Of a DNA stretch of 33,346 bases, positions 1 to 8,081 are shown piece after piece. The number at the start of each line of letters is the position of its first letter. The first letter of the stretch is position 1. This DNA comes from Candidatus Sigynarchaeum calidifontis. GTDB taxonomy: Archaea > Asgardarchaeota > Lokiarchaeia > Sigyniarchaeales > Sigyniarchaeaceae. Under the pieces are notes generated by a model. That model saw nothing but the letters and a program-made list of their open reading frames with translations. It was not told the DNA's origin and made no database searches. The translations under genes and the position numbers were made by a program. The DNA lies in contig JAUQYZ020000218.1 in NCBI GenBank assembly GCA_030587475.2, forward strand, positions 1-33,346, given 5' to 3'.

Positions 1-1
1 C

Positions 2-202
2 GCGGAGGATCTCGCGGCGGTTATGCTTGCCACGACGCTCGGCATTTCCGATTTCGATATCGAGCACGATTGGGATGCACGCAAGAATGCCTTCATTGTC
101 AAGGGAAAAATCGTGGAAACGAAAGGCATCAATGCGACGGCGGTCGTTGAAAAATACGACGAATGGACGTGCGTCCTTGCAGCAGCCGTTTTCACGGATT
201 AA
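2..202 (+). CDS. pdaD: Pyruvoyl-dependent arginine decarboxylase, C-terminal part (gene truncated by the window edge)
   Basis: Not in the ORF track. Frame +2 translates as AEDLAAVMLATTLGISDFDIEHDWDARKNAFIVKGKIVETKGINATAVVEKYDEWTCVLAAAVFTD*. This matches the typical PdaD C-terminus (AEDLAAxMLATTLG...W...GKIVxT...WTxVxAAAVF). TAA at 200-202. Confidence 0.85.
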   Translation, partial: AEDLAAVMLATTLGISDFDIEHDWDARKNAFIVKGKIVETKGINATAVVEKYDEWTCVLAAAVFTD

Positions 203-238
203 CCCGGCATTCAATTAACAGGCAAGGTTAAAGCTATT

Positions 239-1306
239 ATGGAAAAAAAGGACACGCAGCAATCGTATGGAATGGCGCAATCCCGGCAAGAAGATTTTCT
301 CGTGAAAAAGATTATACCATACGATCCGAGCAAAGTCAAGACGCTGGAAGATGCCCTCGTGGCTCTGCAACGATGCTCGTTCCAGGGCCGCAATCTCGGC
401 CAAGCGCTCGAAGTCATGACGAACATGGTCAAGGACAATTGTTTCCGCGTGCTCACTCTCGCCGGGGCCATGATCCCCGCGGGCATGGAGGAGATCATCT
501 GCCAGCTGATCGAGAAAGGGATTGTCCACGCGATCGTGTCGACCGGCGCGAACATTATCCATAGCATCATCAACGTGATGGAACCGAAAGATCACATGGT
601 ACATTACATCGGTTCCCCGAACGTCGATGACCGGGAGCTCAACAAGCATTCTATCGATCGCGTCTATGACACGTTCTTGCGCGAACCCGATTACTGGATC
701 GCTGAGGACTTCATCTTGGAAAAGTTAATCAACGATTTTGGGAAAGGAAAGCAAATCGTGATGACCGCGTCCGAATTTTTTGCATGGCTTGCCAAGTACT
801 TGCCTGGTCGTAGTTTTTTGAAGGTTGCCGCGGATCACGCCGTTCCAATCTTTAATCCTGCATTCAGCGATAGCGAACTCGGTTTGGACCTGGCAAGATA
901 TAGAAAATTCAGCGACGTGCAGTTGATCATCGATGATGTTGGTGATATCGATAAATTCGCGCAGCATCTCATGAAACATAGGAAATTCGGGACGATCATC
1001 CTCGGCGGCGGGGTGCCAAGGAACTACGCGCAGCAAGTGTTTCCGTACATCGAGAACATCGTGCAGCGGAGGGGAAACGTGAAGGATGGCGAGTCTTTCA
1101 CGGGATATAATTATTCCGTGCGGTTCCACACGGCGGTCGCCGAAGATGGGGGCTTGAGCGGGTGCACCGTTTCCGAGTCGATATCTTGGGGCAAATACCA
1201 GCACGATGCCAAGTGGGCGTCGGTATGGGTAGACTCGACGATCGCCTTCCCCATCGTCATGACGGCCTTTTTCCAGCGCATGGAGCGTTTGGGACTCAAG
1301 CCGTGA
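239..1306 (+). CDS. dys: Deoxyhypusine synthase family protein (DHS or DHS-like homospermidine synthase)
   Basis: Motifs SFQGRNL, LAGAMIPAG, STGANIIH, DRVYD, PAFSDSELG, LGGGVPRNYAQQ and GGLSGCTVSESISWGK (active-site Lys retained), plus DSTIAFP. Confidence 0.9.
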   Translation: MEKKDTQQSYGMAQSRQEDFLVKKIIPYDPSKVKTLEDALVALQRCSFQGRNLGQALEVMTNMVKDNCFRVLTLAGAMIPAGMEEIICQLIEKGIVHAIVSTGANIIHSIINVMEPKDHMVHYIGSPNVDDRELNKHSIDRVYDTFLREPDYWIAEDFILEKLINDFGKGKQIVMTASEFFAWLAKYLPGRSFLKVAADHAVPIFNPAFSDSELGLDLARYRKFSDVQLIIDDVGDIDKFAQHLMKHRKFGTIILGGGVPRNYAQQVFPYIENIVQRRGNVKDGESFTGYNYSVRFHTAVAEDGGLSGCTVSESISWGKYQHDAKWASVWVDSTIAFPIVMTAFFQRMERLGLKP

Positions 1307-1396
1307 TTCTTTCATTTTATAATCCTTTCTTGCGGTAGCAGTTTCTTTTCAAATGGATACACATGTCAATATAAACCGTTTCCAGATGCGTACACG

Positions 1397-2665
1397 ATGA
1401 AATACACATTCCCCTACGTTGAGATCCCCGGGATCGAGGTTCCCGACGAGATGCTGCACGGTATTTACGCAGTCAAAACGATCAAGAGGAATAACGAGGA
1501 CGTGGCATCGATCGTCCGTTCCGGATTGTCAAAACCGATCGGTGCAAAGCCACTTTCATCAATCGTTTCGAGCGAGGACAAGGTTCTCATCATCGTCGAT
1601 GACATGTCCCGTCCTACCCCCGTGATGAAGATGCTACCGCCTGTGCTCGAAGAGCTGAAGCACGTTCCCGAAAAAAACCTCAAGTTCTTGCTCGCTCTCG
1701 GGACACACAGAAAAATGACTGCTCAAGAAATCGACGCTAAACTCGGTGTCGATGTTGCCAGGCATTTTACCGTATTGAACCACGAATGGTCCGACAAGGC
1801 TGCCTTGCACGACTACGGCACGCTTCCTGACGGAACGCGAGTCGTGCTCAACAAGGCGATGCACGAGGCGACCTTCGTCATCGGCATCGGTTCCATCGCG
1901 CCCCATCCCGCCGCGGGCTTCTCGGGAGGGGGGAAGATCATCGCCCCAGGCGTCGCGACGGAAGAAGCCGTTGGTGATATCCATTGGAAAAGCGTTCAAG
2001 TGCCGCAAAAAGAAATCCTCGGCGTGAGAAACAATCCGATTCGGACCATCATCGATGAAATGGCAGCAAGAGCTGGCTTGAAATACATCGTGAACGCGAT
2101 CATGGACGGGGAAAACAGTGTCGTGAGGGTTGTCGCCGGTGACCCGGTTCAAGCCCACGTGGAAGGCTGCAAGGAAGCCTTGCGCATCTTTGGCGTCGAA
2201 ATTCCGCGGCCCGATGATGCAAACATCTTCATCACCGACACGCATCCATTGGACCAAGATCTATGGCAAGGGGTCAAGGCGATGTGCGCGCTGGATGTCA
2301 TCGTCCCCCGGTTAGCTGCTGCGATCGTCGTCACGCCCGCCCGGGAAGGCGTCGCGCCCACGCATCCCGAGCTTCTCGAACATGGCTACATCACGCTGGA
2401 TAAGGCAGCACGTCTCGTGGAGCTAGGCCTGTCAAAGATCGTCGCCCACAACATGGTTCAGGGCGGTCGCTTGATAGCAAAGACAATCCCGTATCTCGTC
2501 TCGCCGGGAGTGCCACCCGCGCAAGCCAAGAAGCTGGGCTTCCTCCCCCGGCCTACTCCACAAGCAGCATTGGACGATGCCATCGCCAAGATACGGCAAA
2601 TGGGAGAAAAGCCGCGCGTATTGATCATCCGCACGGGCGGTGAAATCGCTCCCGTGGTCATTTAG
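1397..2665 (+). CDS. larA: Nickel-pincer-dependent lactate racemase (LarA) family 2-hydroxyacid racemase/epimerase
   Basis: 422 aa with motifs DDMSRPTP, ALGTHR, NHEW, PHPAAGFSGGGK (cofactor-linking Lys), a downstream His (DIHW), and DLWQGVKA. Confidence 0.85.
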   Translation: MKYTFPYVEIPGIEVPDEMLHGIYAVKTIKRNNEDVASIVRSGLSKPIGAKPLSSIVSSEDKVLIIVDDMSRPTPVMKMLPPVLEELKHVPEKNLKFLLALGTHRKMTAQEIDAKLGVDVARHFTVLNHEWSDKAALHDYGTLPDGTRVVLNKAMHEATFVIGIGSIAPHPAAGFSGGGKIIAPGVATEEAVGDIHWKSVQVPQKEILGVRNNPIRTIIDEMAARAGLKYIVNAIMDGENSVVRVVAGDPVQAHVEGCKEALRIFGVEIPRPDDANIFITDTHPLDQDLWQGVKAMCALDVIVPRLAAAIVVTPAREGVAPTHPELLEHGYITLDKAARLVELGLSKIVAHNMVQGGRLIAKTIPYLVSPGVPPAQAKKLGFLPRPTPQAALDDAIAKIRQMGEKPRVLIIRTGGEIAPVVI

Positions 2666-2798
2666 ACAATTTAGTGTCGTGGAGTGACAACATCTAAACA
2701 ATTCGTTCCCTTATCATTAGTATTGCGATTGCTACCATCCAAATTGAAGGTCGTTACTGCCCATCTCGACGAAAACCAGATTCAACGGGAATGACTTT

Positions 2799-4070
2799 AT
2801 GGATGTGGAAGTGGCCATCATCGGCGCCGGCCCCGGCGGTATGCAAGCGGCCATCGAGCTCGGCCAGGCGGGTGTTGATTGCGTCCTGGTAGACCCCCGG
2901 CCAGGCGTGCCGGAAGCGCCGGGCGGCATCGTGACCATCCCGCGGCGCAGCCACATCTTTGGCCAAGGACATTGCGGCCAGCCGGACGGCGCGCCCGACT
3001 GGGCAGAAATGGCCGAATCGCCGTTGCATGACATGCTCATGGCGGGCCGCCGGATCATCGGGAAAATGCACTGGGACGAGATTATCGGCTACAATTTCAC
3101 GCGCGGGGTGTTTTGGAAGCTGATGCTCGACGAGGTGAAGCGGCGACGCGTTTCCATTATTGAAGCATCGGCAACGGCGCTCACCCGCGAGGCCGACGGG
3201 ATTTCCATCGAGACGACGGGCGAGCACGTGAAGGCAAAGGCAGTCATTTATGCGGCCGGCGTCAGGGGAAACACCGACATCGCGAAAAACCTCGGGCTCG
3301 GGGTTCCCCCCACCGTGCACGGTATCTTCGGCGACTTCCAGTACGACGGCGAGTGGAAGAGCCCCGAACTCGGCTTTCTATTCAATCTCGATCTGGTCAC
3401 CGGCTATTTCTGGTGCGCATACGCGAGGAAAACCAAGCGGGTCTCGATCGGTATAATGAACGAGAAGTGTCTAGCTCCCAAGGAACTCATCCGCCGGTTT
3501 GCGAACACGGGCATCATTCCCGAGATCAAGGACAAGGTGCCCGATGATCTCCTCATCCAGGAGGGGCATCTCGGCGTGGTGCCGCATCTTCGGGAAAGCA
3601 CGTGGCCAGTGACGCGGACGGCGCCGCGAGTCATCGCGATTGGCGAGGCGACGGGCCAGATAGGCGCGTATATCTACGAAGGGCTTTTCGCGGCTCGATA
3701 CGAGGGAAAAGCCGCCGCCAAGGTGATCACCGGCATTAAAAAAGACGACGCGTGGGGCGACGCATCCCGGTTCAAGCGATACGAGGCAGAAGTGAAGGTG
3801 CTCGACGATTATTTCTTCAAGATGTCCCGGATGCAACATTACGCAATGTACCACGGCGGAACCAATGGGCAAATCGCGCTGGAGGCTTATCTCAAGGCAT
3901 TCAACCAGCAAGAGAAGATCGTGTCGGATGCAATGCTATCCCAGTACATCGAGTTCTCGGACACGAGGCGCTTCGAGCTAGGCTTGTTCGGCGCCATCAT
4001 CGCCCACGTGCCGTTCTTCGACAAGCTCGCGGTCACCGCGTCGCTGGTGACGGCCCGGATGCAGAAATGA
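2799..4070 (+). CDS. FAD-dependent oxidoreductase, geranylgeranyl reductase-like
   Basis: N-terminal Rossmann motif IIGAGPGG, AAG (ADG-equivalent), GYFW, and IGEATGQ..YEGL (GDAAG...GEGI-equivalent). Confidence 0.7.
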   Translation: MDVEVAIIGAGPGGMQAAIELGQAGVDCVLVDPRPGVPEAPGGIVTIPRRSHIFGQGHCGQPDGAPDWAEMAESPLHDMLMAGRRIIGKMHWDEIIGYNFTRGVFWKLMLDEVKRRRVSIIEASATALTREADGISIETTGEHVKAKAVIYAAGVRGNTDIAKNLGLGVPPTVHGIFGDFQYDGEWKSPELGFLFNLDLVTGYFWCAYARKTKRVSIGIMNEKCLAPKELIRRFANTGIIPEIKDKVPDDLLIQEGHLGVVPHLRESTWPVTRTAPRVIAIGEATGQIGAYIYEGLFAARYEGKAAAKVITGIKKDDAWGDASRFKRYEAEVKVLDDYFFKMSRMQHYAMYHGGTNGQIALEAYLKAFNQQEKIVSDAMLSQYIEFSDTRRFELGLFGAIIAHVPFFDKLAVTASLVTARMQK

Positions 4071-4247
4071 TGTATATTAATTTTATTGTCCCAAAATTCG
4101 CGTTCGGTGAATATCCGATTTGCAGTGTTGCCTGGTAATTGCTTTTTACATGACCAGCGGATTCTCTTTAACTTTAAAGGCCATACCCGGTTGAAATGCC
4201 AACCTTTTTTAATAAGCATATCAATCAAAAATAGAAGATAACGTTCC

Positions 4248-4754
4248 ATGGCTCGAAACAACACCATGATCGTAGCCGCATTCGCGCTCATCGTAAGTAT
4301 AGCGGCCTTCGGATTTGTCGCTCATGACTTCTTTTTTCCACCATCTGGAGTCAAAAACACGTGGTATAAAGAAGATTTGTCCTCTCTTTCTTGCCCGGCA
4401 TCGGAAGAATGGCAGTATGATTATTGGTTGAAAATTACCTTTGATGTAAGCGCCGGTGAACGCGTGTTTCTTTCGTATTCAGGCATAGTCCGGTTGGATG
4501 ACAGTGCAGCGCATACATGGGTGGAAATATGCTTTAATATCGATAGTACTGTACCGACTGCCCGTACTGAACCCTACCAGCGAGTCGAGGGAACGACGAC
4601 AGGTGCTGGTAATTGGTGGTTGATTCCCGTTTCCTTGCAGCGCTCGTTAGAGCTTGCGCCAGGGACACATAATGTGACCATTCAATTTCATGGATATCGA
4701 ATTTTAGATTCAGTCCAACAAAGCACGCTGATGGTACAGACGTATATCCCTTGA
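4248..4754 (+). CDS. Hypothetical membrane-anchored or secreted beta-rich protein
   Basis: N-terminal hydrophobic helix (IVAAFALIVSIAAFGFVA) followed by a beta-strand-like pattern ending LAPGTHNVTIQF. AT-rich promoter-like region upstream and T-tract downstream. Confidence 0.7.
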   Translation: MARNNTMIVAAFALIVSIAAFGFVAHDFFFPPSGVKNTWYKEDLSSLSCPASEEWQYDYWLKITFDVSAGERVFLSYSGIVRLDDSAAHTWVEICFNIDSTVPTARTEPYQRVEGTTTGAGNWWLIPVSLQRSLELAPGTHNVTIQFHGYRILDSVQQSTLMVQTYIP

Positions 4755-4882
4755 TCGCTACTATTTTTCTTTCTCTTTAGAAAGACAAGAACTGCATCGC
4801 AATGCTTCGTTACTCTTTTATCTACCATGTGGGAATTCCTCTAACCATCAGCATTAAAAAGATATTATGCGGATGTAGATCT

Positions 4883-5056
4883 ATGGTTCCAGACCCTGAT
4901 GATCTTTTTAACCAGCTGAAATCGGTCGATAGAACGACCTGCGGCATTTGCAAGAGAAAGCTCGTCGGTCCTTCGTTCTTGGCCAACGTCGACGGCAAAA
5001 TGGTGAGCCTGTGCAGCTCGTGCAAGCACACCATGGGCAAGAAGAAGCCGGCTTGA
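4883..5056 (+). CDS. Small zinc-ribbon protein (57 aa; CxxC-x20-CxxC)
   Basis: MVPDPDDLFNQLKSVDRTTCGICKRKLVGPSFLANVDGKMVSLCSSCKHTMGKKKPA. ATG at 4883 is preferred over 4802 because it follows an AT-rich TTAAAAA element. Confidence 0.7.
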   Translation: MVPDPDDLFNQLKSVDRTTCGICKRKLVGPSFLANVDGKMVSLCSSCKHTMGKKKPA

Positions 5057-5159
5057 GCGCTGGTGGATTCAATCTGCTTCCGTGAAACGAGTTTGTGCCG
5101 CCGCTATCTATCTTAGACAACAATCACTTTTTTTAGGGCGCGTCGGGGAAAAGGACATC

Positions 5160-6539
5160 ATGTCAGATGAAGCAGAAGGGGACCCAGTTTTAAAGGAGGC
5201 CAACCAGCTATTCGACCAAGAGAAATACGAAGAGGCAATCGCCCTTTACGACAAGCTCATCGTAGAAAGAAAGTACGGTGCGGAACCTTTGTTCATGAAG
5301 GCAGAATGTCTCTCGAACATGAACCGATACGCCGATGCGATTAGTTGGTATGACAAGGCGATCGAGATCGACGACGAGGACGCGCTGATCTGGAACGGGA
5401 AGGGCAACGCGTACTATCACTTGGAAAATTACGTGCAAGCCCGCGTCTGTTTCGAATGCGCTCGTGATATCGACCCGCAGATATCCGATTACTTGTTCAG
5501 TATCATCAAGACAGCCATCCTCACGGGCGACATCGACGAGGCCGTGGGCATGGCGCGGGAGACGCTAAAATCAACCGAAAATGTCCGGGATGTCGTGCTA
5601 TCTTGGGGTTTTAGTATCCTCGCATTGTTTCTCGGCCAGAAACCTTTAAATGCCATCGAAAGCATCGACGAGCTCGTCAAGTACATGCGCGAAAAGGAAA
5701 CGCGATCTCAGATCGATGCATATTCGATGGGGCGTGAAGTTTTCGCTGGCGTGGATTACGATTTGTGCGGGGTTGAAAAGCTCATTCACAAGCGAGTCAG
5801 CGGCGCGTCGAGCAAGATCTTACAAGCATTGCTATCTTACTTGAAGGGAGACATAGATATCGAACAGCTCGCACGGGTAAACGCGGAGGAATCCGGCGCC
5901 ATTGCATTTGATGATGTTTTGATGATAGAAAACACGGTCATGGAGGGGCCCAACGTCGAGGAATTTCCCGATTTTGAGGCCATCTTGGATCCTAACGAGC
6001 GGGTAGCAATCGAGCGGATCGATAATCTGGTGAAGGAATTTGCCCGTGAACTCGGTTTCCAATCATTCGCCTATCTCTTCGAGGAATATAACTGGAATCA
6101 GGATCGCGGGCCCGCCCCGTTTCTGGAAGAGATCTCCAACAGGTTTTTCGTCGAGATCGTTGATGGGGAGGTGCGCCGGTTGTCGATCGATCTCGACATG
6201 CTCGCAGCAGCGATCCTTCCGGACGGCCAAACAGATGCAATCATGACCCAACAAGCTTATGCACAAGCGGGGGCTTTGCTCACGTTTCCCCACATCGAAG
6301 AGTTGTACATCACTGCCCGCAAGCTCCTTGACATCGTCGAAGCGATGCGGGCAGCTTCGTTTGGAAAGGGCAAAGAAGTGACACTTTATGTTAACGTGGA
6401 AATGATCCCTTCTATCCAAGAAGATCTCCTAAAGTTGGATAATGTCGACGAGATTACAGAAATCGACGAAATACCAACGGATTATCAAGAACAAGGAAAA
6501 CGGGTCGTCGGTTCGATGGTCTGGACTGCAAAGCGCTGA
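5160..6539 (+). CDS. Acidic tetratricopeptide-repeat protein
   Basis: Several TPR units (EEAIALYDKLI, ADAISWYDKAIEIDDEDALIWNGKGNAYYHLENY, ARVCFECARDIDP). ATG at 5160. Confidence 0.85.
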   Translation: MSDEAEGDPVLKEANQLFDQEKYEEAIALYDKLIVERKYGAEPLFMKAECLSNMNRYADAISWYDKAIEIDDEDALIWNGKGNAYYHLENYVQARVCFECARDIDPQISDYLFSIIKTAILTGDIDEAVGMARETLKSTENVRDVVLSWGFSILALFLGQKPLNAIESIDELVKYMREKETRSQIDAYSMGREVFAGVDYDLCGVEKLIHKRVSGASSKILQALLSYLKGDIDIEQLARVNAEESGAIAFDDVLMIENTVMEGPNVEEFPDFEAILDPNERVAIERIDNLVKEFARELGFQSFAYLFEEYNWNQDRGPAPFLEEISNRFFVEIVDGEVRRLSIDLDMLAAAILPDGQTDAIMTQQAYAQAGALLTFPHIEELYITARKLLDIVEAMRAASFGKGKEVTLYVNVEMIPSIQEDLLKLDNVDEITEIDEIPTDYQEQGKRVVGSMVWTAKR

Positions 6540-6595
6540 GTTCCCTTGAATTTTACATTTATCTTGTTGATGTGGTTTAGGATCTAGGGGTGTTC

Positions 6596-8032
6596 ATGAC
6601 ATTCACGTCAACATCTTCCGCGAACCCGCCGTTTCGCACGCTCCGCGGGAGTTCGGGTATCATCACCATCGAGAAGCATTACAACGGCGTGAACCCGAAC
6701 GTCGCCCTTGGTTTCCTCATCTTGATCATCGCAATCATCCTACCGGCAGCTCTCGCGGCGGTGGCGCCCGCTGCATCGGTCATCTTGCTTCTCGTTAGTT
6801 TGCTTTTCCCCGGGATACCTTTATTTATGGCAAACAAGATGTGGCGGGTCGAGATCGACAACGCGAACCGCGACCTCAAGATTACCCGGTGGCACGCCTT
6901 CAATAAAACGAATCAGAAAGTGGAGTACATCAAGTTCGACGATATCCGGGAGATCGTGGCCGAAATATCACCCGACGGTACCAAGCGGCGGCTCGTGGTC
7001 ATCAAGCTGACGGGCGAGAGGCTCTTGTTGTACGAATCCATGAACATGACCCATGCGGACCGGTTCAAGCACGACTTCATGGCAGCTGTCCAATTAAACA
7101 ACCCGCCACCGACCCCCCGGGCAGTGCAAAACCCGCCAGCCTCGCGGCCACCACTGGATACATTGCATCCACACGTGCCAACGGACCCCACGCTCGTCTT
7201 GCCATCGCTGCGTCAGTTCGCCATACCCGATCCAAACACTGGTACAAGCAGCATCCCCGGGCAGCAGAATCCGCTTCATTCTCTTCCGATGCACGCTTCT
7301 TCACGGGTTGACGGTGTTGTAAGCGTCGTTGACGGCGCGAACGATGCAAAAATTGCTGTTGATCTTGATAACCGCAAGGATCAACAAGCCGATCAAGCAA
7401 TGACGACACCGGCAGCAGCGGGGGTGCCAGCTGTAAAAGGAACCGCTGCCACCCTAAAAGACGACGAGGAATCTGCTCGCCAGCGCCTTGCCGAGATCGC
7501 TCGCCGGAAGCGCGAGATCCTCTCCCGCGTTTACGAGCCCGGCTTTGAACCACAACAAGCACCCGCAGCGCCCGGCCCCTCCACGCCCGGCCCCTCCACG
7601 CCCGGAATTCAAGCTGATCGAGGGGTTCCTTCCTCGGTCATGCGGAACCGTGAGAACTGGTACAACAAGTATGATTCGTGCCAGGGCTTCGATTACATGT
7701 TATTGCCAGAAATCGGCATTTGTCGGCCCCGCGGTGAGACAATCGCTTCCAAATCCCCCCCTGAGACTCGATCGGGACGCGCGCCCAAGAAAAAACACGG
7801 GGACGAGGACGAGGCGGACGAGATCATCACCCACCACGTCGACAAGAAGGTCGAGAAGGAGCTGGGAATCCAGAAAGTCAAGCCGACTTGCATGGTCTGC
7901 ACGCGGCTGTTGAAAGGCACGAGCTTCATCTGCCCCACGTGCGAGACCAAGTACTGCATCCGGTGCGCGAGGACGCTGGCCAGCCGCAAGGAATCTTGCT
8001 GGACGTGCCGGAAACAGCTCAAGGTTGACTGA
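6596..8032 (+). CDS. Membrane protein: 2 TM helices, PH-like beta domain, Pro-rich linker and C-terminal C4C4 RING-like zinc finger
   Basis: Hydrophobic hairpin near the N-terminus, a long P/A/Q-rich low-complexity middle, and C-terminal CMVC-x10-CPTC-x4-CIRC-x10-CWTC. Confidence 0.8.
   Translation: MTFTSTSSANPPFRTLRGSSGIITIEKHYNGVNPNVALGFLILIIAIILPAALAAVAPAASVILLLVSLLFPGIPLFMANKMWRVEIDNANRDLKITRWHAFNKTNQKVEYIKFDDIREIVAEISPDGTKRRLVVIKLTGERLLLYESMNMTHADRFKHDFMAAVQLNNPPPTPRAVQNPPASRPPLDTLHPHVPTDPTLVLPSLRQFAIPDPNTGTSSIPGQQNPLHSLPMHASSRVDGVVSVVDGANDAKIAVDLDNRKDQQADQAMTTPAAAGVPAVKGTAATLKDDEESARQRLAEIARRKREILSRVYEPGFEPQQAPAAPGPSTPGPSTPGIQADRGVPSSVMRNRENWYNKYDSCQGFDYMLLPEIGICRPRGETIASKSPPETRSGRAPKKKHGDEDEADEIITHHVDKKVEKELGIQKVKPTCMVCTRLLKGTSFICPTCETKYCIRCARTLASRKESCWTCRKQLKVD
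7570..7605 (+). repeat. 15-bp tandem repeat (CCCGGCCCCTCCACG x2.3) encoding PGPST-PGPST-PG
   Basis: Perfect direct copies at 7571-7585 and 7586-7600, with a partial copy at 7601-7605. Confidence 0.9.
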
Positions 8033-8081
8033 ACGCGCGAATGCGAAAAAATTAGGTTAAGAAAAATAATCGTTCTACGTT

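Noticed and set aside
27-218. 63-aa ORF from the supplied track
   Set aside because: Wrong frame; the overlapping frame +2 encodes a recognisable PdaD C-terminus.
7570-7605. Repeat considered as a CRISPR or mobile-element signature
   Set aside because: In-frame coding tandem duplication without spacers.
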